Below, piece after piece: positions 57,105 to 64,000 of a stretch of DNA of 64,000 nt. The stretch is from a virus. Where the stretch lies: IMG/VR virus record IMGVR_UViG_3300035146_000036. One strand, 5' to 3'. Positions within the stretch are counted from its first letter, which is position 1, and each line of letters opens with the position of its first letter. The notes under the pieces are model-generated. The model did not search any database. It worked only from the letters and a program-made list of their open reading frames with translations, and was not told where the DNA came from. A program made the position numbers and the translations under genes.

Positions 57105-59993
57105 ATGAAAAATGAAGTTGTTAAAGTAAAATTTAATGGTAATGAAATTGTAGTTTTTTTAGAAGAAGAAGATGTTTGGGTTTCTGTTTGGAGTGTTTGT
57201 GATGGAATTGGGATTGATAAAACGGGTCAAAAAAGAAGATTATTAACTTACGACATGGTGACATGGAAGACCTATGAAGATTCAAATGGAATTTTGAAAG
57301 ATGTTTTTTTAATTAATTTGAATGCACTTAATGATTGGTTGTATTCTATTAATAGATGGAGAATATATCCATTATCAAGGAAGAAATTGGATATATATTG
57401 TAGTGGATTATTTGATGAAATAAAAAAAAATATTGATTTTATTAATACTAACGATGATGAGAATATATACGAAATTATTGATATAGAGTTTTTAGATAAT
57501 AAGATTCAATTTATTATAGATGAATACGAAAATATATGGATTTCTGTTGAACAAATATGTGAGCATTTAAATATTGATTTGGATTGGTATATGCAAGCAT
57601 TGGTTGATTTAGCAGATTTAGCAGATCTAGGATATAATGTTTGTACGTTTAAAGTCTTTGATTCAGATGGTGAAAAATATGATGTTTTTATGATTCATAT
57701 TAATTCTGTAAAAGCATGGTTAAATGCAATACGTTTTAATGATATTAAATTTGAATTTAGGGGGATATTAACTAGATATAGAGAAGAAATAGTTGATTTT
57801 GTAATGAATGCTATTGTTGATTTTGATACTATTTCAGTATTTGGAAATGAAACTATTAATAACAATATGGTTTCTGATGAAAACAAAACAATAGAGAATG
57901 TTATAGAGAAGGAGGATACTCAAAATATTGAGTTAGGAAGAAGGATAGATGATAATAAATATGAAGCTATAGAGATTTATTTTTATGGTGGAATCATTGA
58001 ATTGGTTGAAGATGAAAATAATAATATTTGGATAAATGTTAAAAAAATATGTGATATGTTTGGAATAAGTTATTCTGAGCAACATATTAAACTTGAAAGT
58101 ATAGATTGGAAAAATTGGGTAGTTTGGAAGATTGTTAATAAGCAATTTATGATTAATTTAGATTGTTTTAAAGATTGGTTGTTAAAGATTGAACCTAATA
58201 TAGTTAGTTTAAAATCAAGACATATATTGGTGAAGTATCAGAAAGAGATTGATTCAGATATAATAAGAAAAGTATTTCGTGAAGAAATAGAGGGGGGAAA
58301 TAAAAATAATAAAGTTGATAAAGCGGATTTTTATGTTTCAAAAACAAAAAAGATAAAAAAATTAAAAAAAGATATAGATGATAATTATAAGTGTTATGTC
58401 GTAGATGTTGGTTCTAATAATAAAAAGGTTGAAGTTGTTAGAGATGGAAATGGTGGTATTTGGATATATACAAAGAGAATTTGTAAGATATTAGGTATTG
58501 ATTATAGAAATCATATGATGAAGTTAGCAAGTAAGGATTGGGCAAATTGGAAGATTATTTTTGCAGTTCATAATAATGGTAAGAAACATAAATGGTTTAT
58601 GCTTCATATAGATTGTTTTGATAAATGGATAAATAGTATTAAGAAAAATATTTTAAAAACAAAAGATAATATGTCATGGGGTGATTTTGTTGAAATAAAA
58701 AAGTATAGTTATATGATAAAGAAGGGTGTCGATAGAGCAATAAGAGAAGAAAATACAACTGTTGTTGAAGAGCATTTTGAAGGAGAAGAATTAGTTGGTA
58801 GAACTGTATATGAGACTGATGAAGAGATAGATAAATCAAAGGATGTTGTGAAATGCGACACCCTTGAAGAAGATGAAGAGCAGAGAGATGGGGGGGTGAA
58901 ACGCCCCCTCATCGAAAAAGAAGATGAAGAATACAAGGATGTCGTGAAATGCGACACCCTTGAAGAAGATAAGGAAGAAAAGATGAAGGATGAGAAGATG
59001 AGTAAAGATATAATGAATGATATAGTAAAAATGTTTGAGTATGAAGGTGAACCGTTGACGGCTCTTACTTACAAAGGACAGCCAGCAGTCATTGCTAAAG
59101 AGTTTGGAAAGTTTTTAGGATATGCAAAAGATGGATCAAAATTGGTAAGTCTTATCAATGATGAATGGAAAAAGTCTTTTGAGTCAGGAAAGCATTTTGT
59201 TGTTTTGAAGGATAAAGAACTTAAACAATTTAAGGAACTTATGAAAGTAAACCCGTCATACGGGTTTAGTCGAGCACCCCATATAATGCTTCTTTTTAGA
59301 AAAGGAATGTATAAGACAGCTTTCAAGAGTGGGAAGGAAAGAGCAGAGCCGTTAATAGATTTTGTTGTAGACGAGGTGTTTCCTCAGTTGGAGAAGTACG
59401 GAAGCTATGACCCTAATAGGATAGCAGATTCCGGGTTAGTGAAGAAGGGAGTTTGGATACCTGAGATGTCGTCTGAAGCTCTTGAAGTACTGCTGAGAGA
59501 GAGGAAGGGGCGTGAGCTTGCCGAGAAAGATAGAGATGGGGCTATAGTATTAGTTAGGGAGCAGAAAGAGAAAATAGCAGAGATGAAGGAGGATATTAAG
59601 GAGTTTCGAGCAAGAGAGGGAGGAATAACTATAGAGGAGTTTGCACGTGTAGTATGGATTGGTGGTGTTAAGTACAATAGAGATCAGATGTATGCTCTTT
59701 TGAGGGAATTAGGTTTTTTAATTGAATGTGGTGTAGGTTATAATAAGCCACGTAAAAAATATGTTGATGACAAAAAATGGTTTGATACACAGATAAGAAT
59801 AGGTAGTGATGGTTATATAAGGAGAAATGGAATTGCATTGATTTTTCCGGAAGGTGAGGATGGAGTGATTAAAGAGATGAGGAGACATCCTGAATTTTTT
59901 GGTAAAGTTATTAAGCATAGGGATAGAAAATATATAGGTGGTGAGCAAACATCTTTTGATTGGGTTGATAATAAGAATAAGACGGTAAAGTAA
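57105..59993 (+). CDS. Large antirepressor-like protein with about five tandem Bro-N/KilA-N-like modules and a C-terminal ANT/KilAC-like region
   Basis: Recurrent module [IV]W[IV]x[VT]xxIC..[LF]GI[DS] (DVWVSVWSVCDGIGID; NIWISVEQICEHLNID; NIWINVKKICDMFGIS; GIWIYTKRICKILGID); KDVVKCDTLEED duplicated. Confidence 0.5.
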   Translation: MKNEVVKVKFNGNEIVVFLEEEDVWVSVWSVCDGIGIDKTGQKRRLLTYDMVTWKTYEDSNGILKDVFLINLNALNDWLYSINRWRIYPLSRKKLDIYCSGLFDEIKKNIDFINTNDDENIYEIIDIEFLDNKIQFIIDEYENIWISVEQICEHLNIDLDWYMQALVDLADLADLGYNVCTFKVFDSDGEKYDVFMIHINSVKAWLNAIRFNDIKFEFRGILTRYREEIVDFVMNAIVDFDTISVFGNETINNNMVSDENKTIENVIEKEDTQNIELGRRIDDNKYEAIEIYFYGGIIELVEDENNNIWINVKKICDMFGISYSEQHIKLESIDWKNWVVWKIVNKQFMINLDCFKDWLLKIEPNIVSLKSRHILVKYQKEIDSDIIRKVFREEIEGGNKNNKVDKADFYVSKTKKIKKLKKDIDDNYKCYVVDVGSNNKKVEVVRDGNGGIWIYTKRICKILGIDYRNHMMKLASKDWANWKIIFAVHNNGKKHKWFMLHIDCFDKWINSIKKNILKTKDNMSWGDFVEIKKYSYMIKKGVDRAIREENTTVVEEHFEGEELVGRTVYETDEEIDKSKDVVKCDTLEEDEEQRDGGVKRPLIEKEDEEYKDVVKCDTLEEDKEEKMKDEKMSKDIMNDIVKMFEYEGEPLTALTYKGQPAVIAKEFGKFLGYAKDGSKLVSLINDEWKKSFESGKHFVVLKDKELKQFKELMKVNPSYGFSRAPHIMLLFRKGMYKTAFKSGKERAEPLIDFVVDEVFPQLEKYGSYDPNRIADSGLVKKGVWIPEMSSEALEVLLRERKGRELAEKDRDGAIVLVREQKEKIAEMKEDIKEFRAREGGITIEEFARVVWIGGVKYNRDQMYALLRELGFLIECGVGYNKPRKKYVDDKKWFDTQIRIGSDGYIRRNGIALIFPEGEDGVIKEMRRHPEFFGKVIKHRDRKYIGGEQTSFDWVDNKNKTVK

Positions 59994-59994
59994 G

Positions 59995-60318
59995 ATGAAA
60001 GTTATAGAGTATGAAGAGTGGTTAAAAGAAGCATCAAAGCGATATCCGGATAAGAATATTGTTTTTACTTGTCCTGTATGTGGATATAAGCAGTCTTTAA
60101 AGGAATTGAAGGAGGCAAAGGTACCAGAAGGTTCTTGGGGGTTTTCATGTATTGGAAGGTATATAGGTGGGCGAGATGCTATTAAAGAAAAAGGAAAGGG
60201 ACCATGTAATTATGCTGGAGGAGGTCTTTTTCAACTGAATCCTATTCATGTGAAAGATGAAGAGGGTAATATTCATCAATTGTTTGATTTTGCGGATGAC
60301 CCACTTAAGGAAAAATAA
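59995..60318 (+). CDS. Zinc-ribbon protein
   Basis: CPVCGY...C..C. Confidence 0.45.
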   Translation: MKVIEYEEWLKEASKRYPDKNIVFTCPVCGYKQSLKELKEAKVPEGSWGFSCIGRYIGGRDAIKEKGKGPCNYAGGGLFQLNPIHVKDEEGNIHQLFDFADDPLKEK

Positions 60319-60857
60319 TGAAAAAGAATGAAGAAAATGTGGAGATAGAAGTACTTGAGTTGTCTCCTGAAGATTCACTTATTTTTGCAGAAGCCATATT
60401 GAATCCAAGAGAGCCATCTGATGTTTTGAGACGAGATTTTGATCTTTACAAAAAGATGGTAATTAGTGACCAGGATGATATAGGTGAAACGAACTCGAGT
60501 TCGCCAAAAAAAGGATTATGGATGTTAAAGGATATTGTTACACCAAATGATGTGGTTGATATATTAAATAAGGTTTTAGCTATAGATTCATATGCAATAA
60601 ATCAACTTATTAATATGCGTGTTATTTGTAATAAGGATTTAGCAGATATACCAAATATACAAGTTGGAAAGAGACCAGAGGGTGGATATAGAGTAGGCAT
60701 ATTGGGTATTTTGAATGGTGTATTTGGTAAAGATGATACAACTGGATTTGGTTGTATATGTGCTAATATAAATAAAGAGACAGGTTTGGTTGAGAGATTT
60801 TCAATTTTGAATGAAAATGATTTTGAAGATATAAAAAACAATAATACGATTGCCTGA
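60318..60857 (+). CDS. Hypothetical protein
   Basis: ORF; contains a copy of the CGAACTCGAGTTCG palindrome. Confidence 0.4.
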   Translation: MKKNEENVEIEVLELSPEDSLIFAEAILNPREPSDVLRRDFDLYKKMVISDQDDIGETNSSSPKKGLWMLKDIVTPNDVVDILNKVLAIDSYAINQLINMRVICNKDLADIPNIQVGKRPEGGYRVGILGILNGVFGKDDTTGFGCICANINKETGLVERFSILNENDFEDIKNNNTIA

Positions 60858-60869
60858 AATTGAAAATAG

Positions 60870-60899
60870 TTGACAAACTGGTTGTTACGTGGTTATATA
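60870..60899 (+). promoter_or_regulatory. Sigma70-type promoter (GTTGACAAAC-17/18-TATATA)
   Basis: Hexamers read directly. Confidence 0.5.
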
Positions 60900-60943
60900 A
60901 GGCATAACTAATTGGTTAGTTGTATACAAAGAGGAGATAAAAG

Positions 60944-61255
60944 ATGAATGTTTTTTTAGTTTTTGAGATGGTTCCTGAAGATATGAAAGCATATTTTATT
61001 CAGAATGTATCTGATGAAGATCTTGATATCCTAGATAAAGCAAATGGTAAGTATATAAATACAGATTCGGATTCTGAAGCGGTATCAGAGATTTTGGATT
61101 TTGTTTCTGAAGACATATATTGTGAAGACCCAGATAAGGAGACTAACGGTAAATGGTTGAAAGATGAAGTAAAATATTCAGGGAAGAAAGGACCCTTTTT
61201 TGATGCTAGTGAACATCGTATTGATAGAGTTTATATGTGTGGAATGATAATGTGA
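60944..61255 (+). CDS. Hypothetical acidic protein
   Basis: ORF with AGAGGAG RBS. Confidence 0.45.
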   Translation: MNVFLVFEMVPEDMKAYFIQNVSDEDLDILDKANGKYINTDSDSEAVSEILDFVSEDIYCEDPDKETNGKWLKDEVKYSGKKGPFFDASEHRIDRVYMCGMIM

Positions 61256-61338
61256 TAGATTATGAAGTTTATTTTAGGTTAATAAGGAAAGGTTGTTTGT
61301 AATTTTTTATTTGGATAAATTTTAACAATAGTGAATAA

Positions 61339-61755
61339 ATGATAAGAAAAATGGAAAAGAAAAAAAGTTGGTTTTGGTTAATAGTTTTATTTATAATAAT
61401 AAGTATAGGCATTATGCTTTGGTCTGTAATATATCATTATTCGATATTGCCACATATGCCAGTTTCAGAAAGATTTGAAAAGCTTAGAGAAATAGAACGT
61501 TTAGAAATTAAATATGCACAAATAAATAATGAAATATGTGAAGATTTAATTTCTAAATTAAGATTTCTAGATAATGTAATTGATGCATGGACAAAACAAA
61601 AAAATAATTACGATGAATTGAAAGATATAAATAAAGATATATATAAATATTTTGAAGAAGATCATACTTTAAGAGATAGTATAAGAAATGCTAAATCAAG
61701 AAGACTTTTAATTTTGGATGAAATATCTAAAAATAATTGTTCTGTTGATTATTAA
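61339..61755 (+). CDS. Hypothetical membrane-anchored protein
   Basis: N-terminal TM helix WFWLIVLFIIISIGIMLW. Confidence 0.45.
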   Translation: MIRKMEKKKSWFWLIVLFIIISIGIMLWSVIYHYSILPHMPVSERFEKLREIERLEIKYAQINNEICEDLISKLRFLDNVIDAWTKQKNNYDELKDINKDIYKYFEEDHTLRDSIRNAKSRRLLILDEISKNNCSVDY

Positions 61756-61770
61756 ATATTAAAAAAACAG

Positions 61771-61843
61771 TTGACAAAAATTTGTCAATCTATATTACAC
61801 TAGAACAAGGAGAGGATATATATAGGATATATATGTTCTAGAC
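61771..61843 (+). promoter_or_regulatory. Palindromic TTGACAAAAATTTGTCAA element plus 8-bp inverted repeat (CTAGAACA...TGTTCTAG) enclosing the RBS of the next gene
   Basis: Read directly. Confidence 0.45.
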
Positions 61844-62095
61844 ATGTGGGAGATTGACATGGTTAAAGAGTTAAAAGAGAAGAAAATCAGTATTTTAGGA
61901 GAGATAGGTTCTCTTTCAAACATATTAAAAAAAGATGTTTCTAAGGATGTTATTGGATACATTAATAGCCGTTTGGCGAAGTTAAAGGCTGAATTAGACA
62001 ATGTTGAGTTTCTTTTGAAAGAGACATGTGTTACAAATAATTACAGTGTAGCGAGAAAAAGTTCAGGTTTTGTTTATTTTAATGTTTATGGCTGA
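61844..62095 (+). CDS. Hypothetical coiled-coil protein
   Basis: ORF. Confidence 0.4.
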   Translation: MWEIDMVKELKEKKISILGEIGSLSNILKKDVSKDVIGYINSRLAKLKAELDNVEFLLKETCVTNNYSVARKSSGFVYFNVYG

Positions 62096-62101
62096 TTTTT
62101 G

Positions 62102-62158
62102 TTGACAAACGGTTTTGTAGGGTTAGAATAGAGGATAGATACTGAGCAAGATGCTTAG
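62102..62158 (+). promoter_or_regulatory. Sigma70-type promoter (TTGACA-16-TAGAAT) plus stem-loop CTGAGCAAGATGCTTAG
   Basis: Third copy of the promoter plus stem-loop cassette, with compensatory stem changes. Confidence 0.5.
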
Positions 62159-62187
62159 GAAAGGAGAAACAAAAAGGAGAGTTAGAT

Positions 62188-62469
62188 ATGAATCCATATA
62201 TGGAAGAGTCAACAATTAAAGAGTTATGGTGTGATTCTTGTTTGGAGACAACATACCATGAATGGATTAATGGAAGATGGGTTTGTGTAAATAGTTTTAA
62301 ACATGACGATATATGTGAAAAACGTCATAGAGAATATGTGTTGCAACTTGCTTATGATAGAGGATTAAGGGCGAATACTTTTGCTACTAATGATGAATTG
62401 TCTGTTTTGGGATATGCAAGAGAATGGGATAGAGGGTTTAAAGAGAGAAAGACAGGAGTTAGATTATAG
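62188..62469 (+). CDS. Hypothetical Cys/His-containing protein
   Basis: ORF with AAGGAG RBS. Confidence 0.45.
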   Translation: MNPYMEESTIKELWCDSCLETTYHEWINGRWVCVNSFKHDDICEKRHREYVLQLAYDRGLRANTFATNDELSVLGYAREWDRGFKERKTGVRL

Positions 62470-62470
62470 A

Positions 62471-62546
62471 TGCGGAGTAGAGCAGTAGTTTAGCTCGCTG
62501 GTTTCATACGCCAGGTCAGTCAAGGGTTCGAATCCCTTCTCCGCAA
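62471..62546 (+). tRNA. tRNA, anticodon CAU (Met, or Ile2 if lysidine-modified)
   Basis: Cloverleaf folded by hand: acceptor TGCGGAG/CTCCGCA, D-stem GAGC/GCTC, anticodon stem CTGGT/GCCAG with loop TTCATAC, T-arm AAGGG-TTCGAAT-CCCTT; variable loop looks 7 nt. Confidence 0.6.
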
Positions 62547-62559
62547 AAATTTAGTTTAA

Positions 62560-62631
62560 GCCGATGTAACTTAATGGTAGAGTAACTGACCTGTAATCAG
62601 TTTGTTGGAGGTTCAAGTCCTCTCATCGGCT
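62560..62631 (+). tRNA. tRNA, anticodon UGU (Thr) with unusual C33
   Basis: Acceptor GCCGATG/CATCGGC, D-stem ACTT/GAGT, anticodon stem ACTGA/TCAGT with loop CCTGTAA, T-arm GGAGG-TTCAAGT-CCTCT. Confidence 0.6.
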
Positions 62632-62641
62632 TTAGGAGGTA

Positions 62642-62902
62642 TTGATTATTATCATGTTATTAGAACCTGGTTCAGTTGCTTTTGTGATAAGTAGTGATTA
62701 TGTATATGGTGGTTATCCTGTAGTTGTTGTTGAAGAAGATACTAGTAGAGAAAATTGTTTTATTGTAAGGAAAAAAATTGGTTTAATATGGTATAATCAA
62801 GTCGTTTCTAGAGATATTCTTAGGGAGTTATCTTTTGATGAGGTAGAGAAATATAAAGAAGATTTGGATTTTTTGAACATGTCGCTTCAAAAGAAGCTTT
62901 GA
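62642..62902 (+). CDS. Hypothetical small protein between tRNAs
   Basis: ORF. Confidence 0.3.
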   Translation: MIIIMLLEPGSVAFVISSDYVYGGYPVVVVEEDTSRENCFIVRKKIGLIWYNQVVSRDILRELSFDEVEKYKEDLDFLNMSLQKKL

Positions 62903-62920
62903 TTGAAACGTAATAAATAG

Positions 62921-62993
62921 TCGCCATTAGCTCAATTGGTTAGAGCGCTCGCCTTATAAGCGAGTGACCGAGGTTCAAATCCTTGATGGCGAA
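62921..62993 (+). tRNA. tRNA, anticodon UAU (Ile, AUA-decoding)
   Basis: Acceptor TCGCCAT/ATGGCGA (7 perfect bp), D-arm GCTC-AATTGGTTA-GAGC, anticodon stem CTCGC/GCGAG with loop CTTATAA, T-arm CGAGG-TTCAAAT-CCTTG. Confidence 0.7.
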
Positions 62994-63009
62994 AAGGAGA
63001 TAAAATAAA

Positions 63010-63177
63010 ATGACTAGAGATTATTATGATGATGGAATGAGAGATGGACGTGGTGATGCATGGAGAAATGGAAGTGAAGAATATCCAGAATCCGATGGTG
63101 ATAGATATTCATATCGGACTGGATATGAGGATGGTGAACGTCGTAGAAAATGGCATGAAGAAGAAGAAGATTATTGA
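63010..63177 (+). CDS. Small acidic protein (55 aa, MTRDYYDDGMRDGRGD...)
   Basis: ATG after AAAAGGAGA RBS directly downstream of tRNA; below the ORF-track cutoff. Confidence 0.4.
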   Translation: MTRDYYDDGMRDGRGDAWRNGSEEYPESDGDRYSYRTGYEDGERRRKWHEEEEDY

Positions 63178-63250
63178 TTGTTATGAAGATATACTACCTT
63201 TGGGGATTAAAATCTTCTTATCGGCTCAAAGTATATAAAGGAGATTTGAA

Positions 63251-63661
63251 ATGGGATTAATAAATAGTCCTATAGATAGAATTAGATATCCATTTGCCAT
63301 GGGAGGTTCAATTGATATTGATGAAAGTGTATCTGTAGAAGAACGATATGTTTGTATTATTGATGGTGAGGTAATATCAAAAGGGTATGGTGATAGTTAT
63401 TTAGTATGTAAATCTTGTCATGGTAAAATATATAAAAAAGATTTACTTCTTTATTGTTTTGTTTGTCCTTTGTGTGGTTTTAAAGTTGATGCTTATGGAG
63501 GTTATTCAGAATATAGAGAAAACATGGAGTTATTTAAAAAAGAAATTGTTAATCTTATTAATGAAAGTTCGTATCGTAGAGTTGCTAAAGAAAACAATGT
63601 ATCAATTGATATTTTGAAGCAATGGGTTAAAGATCATGACCTTTTAGATGACATAAAATGA
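63251..63661 (+). CDS. Zinc-ribbon protein
   Basis: CKSCHG...CFVCPLCG; AAGGAGA RBS. Confidence 0.45.
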   Translation: MGLINSPIDRIRYPFAMGGSIDIDESVSVEERYVCIIDGEVISKGYGDSYLVCKSCHGKIYKKDLLLYCFVCPLCGFKVDAYGGYSEYRENMELFKKEIVNLINESSYRRVAKENNVSIDILKQWVKDHDLLDDIK

Positions 63662-63667
63662 TAAAAT

Positions 63668-63874
63668 ATGGAACATAAAATAGAGCAGATTGAATATGAA
63701 AAGCCAAAGGATGTTCCAAAATGTCTTGGATATCATATTAATAGCGTAGATTACGGGGAAGATTTTGATTGCAGATATGACGTAACTTGGGGATGTGAAG
63801 AGTGTTTGTGTAATTGGGATATAGGTGGTTGGAAAGACCCGAGAACGCCAGAAAAATATGATGAAGAAATATAA
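63668..63874 (+). CDS. Small Cys-rich protein
   Basis: ORF; CxxC-like motifs. Confidence 0.35.
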   Translation: MEHKIEQIEYEKPKDVPKCLGYHINSVDYGEDFDCRYDVTWGCEECLCNWDIGGWKDPRTPEKYDEEI

Positions 63875-64000
63875 AGCGGGGACATTGGTAAGGGGAGAGG
63901 ATGAATAGGATTCAGGAGAAGGAGGTGTATCATGAGACGTTGCTGGTAATAGGCAACAAAAGGGCGATTGAGTCAAATAGTTTATATCATGGTGATATAA

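Noticed and set aside
6584-60503. CGAACTCGAGTTCG palindromes as intrinsic terminators
   Set aside because: The 7-bp stem is GC-poor, has no loop beyond the palindrome centre, and is never followed by a T-tract. The copies sit at 5' ends rather than 3' ends of genes.
63044-63238. ORF-track CDS 63044-63238
   Set aside because: A better-supported overlapping reading frame, 63010-63177, has a strong AAGGAGA RBS and sits immediately after the tRNA. The 63044 frame lacks an RBS.

Overview
This 64-kb window is low-GC and almost entirely plus-strand coding. It reads as part of a large contractile-tailed (myovirus-like) phage or prophage. The first ~45 kb is a tail/baseplate morphogenesis module, and the 45-64 kb segment is an early/accessory region. 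No capsid, portal or terminase genes can be identified in the window.

Tail/baseplate module (0-45 kb), in gene order:
- tail sheath (9908-12703)
- two gp19-like tail tube paralogs
- a tail-assembly-chaperone gene (17566-18393) with a -1 slippery site that extends it to 18575
- tape measure protein (18601-21675), LysM tail protein, hub candidate
- gpV/gp5-like spike, a proline-rich triple-repeat protein, gp25/gpW, a gpJ-like gene
- several very large fibre-like proteins, a GT25 glycosyltransferase, a papain-family peptidase, and small secreted or lipoprotein ORFs
- a 5'-truncated beta-helix protein at the window start

Early/accessory region (45-64 kb):
- many small Zn-ribbon ORFs behind strong sigma70-type promoters with the extended -35 (A)GTTGACAAAC
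- an SNF2-family ATPase
- three tandem pentapeptide-repeat genes
- a five-fold Bro-N-repeat antirepressor-like protein
- a secreted Asp-dipeptide-repeat, Cys-rich protein
- three tRNAs

Non-genic signals:
- a 14-bp perfect palindrome, CGAACTCGAGTTCG, occurs ten times, usually just upstream of start codons
- a promoter plus stem-loop cassette occurs three times with compensatory stem changes
- a minus-strand CheY-like receiver + Zn-ribbon pair and a divergent ribbon-helix-helix gene sit inside the tail module
- a GC-richer island lies at about 45.3-48.5 kb
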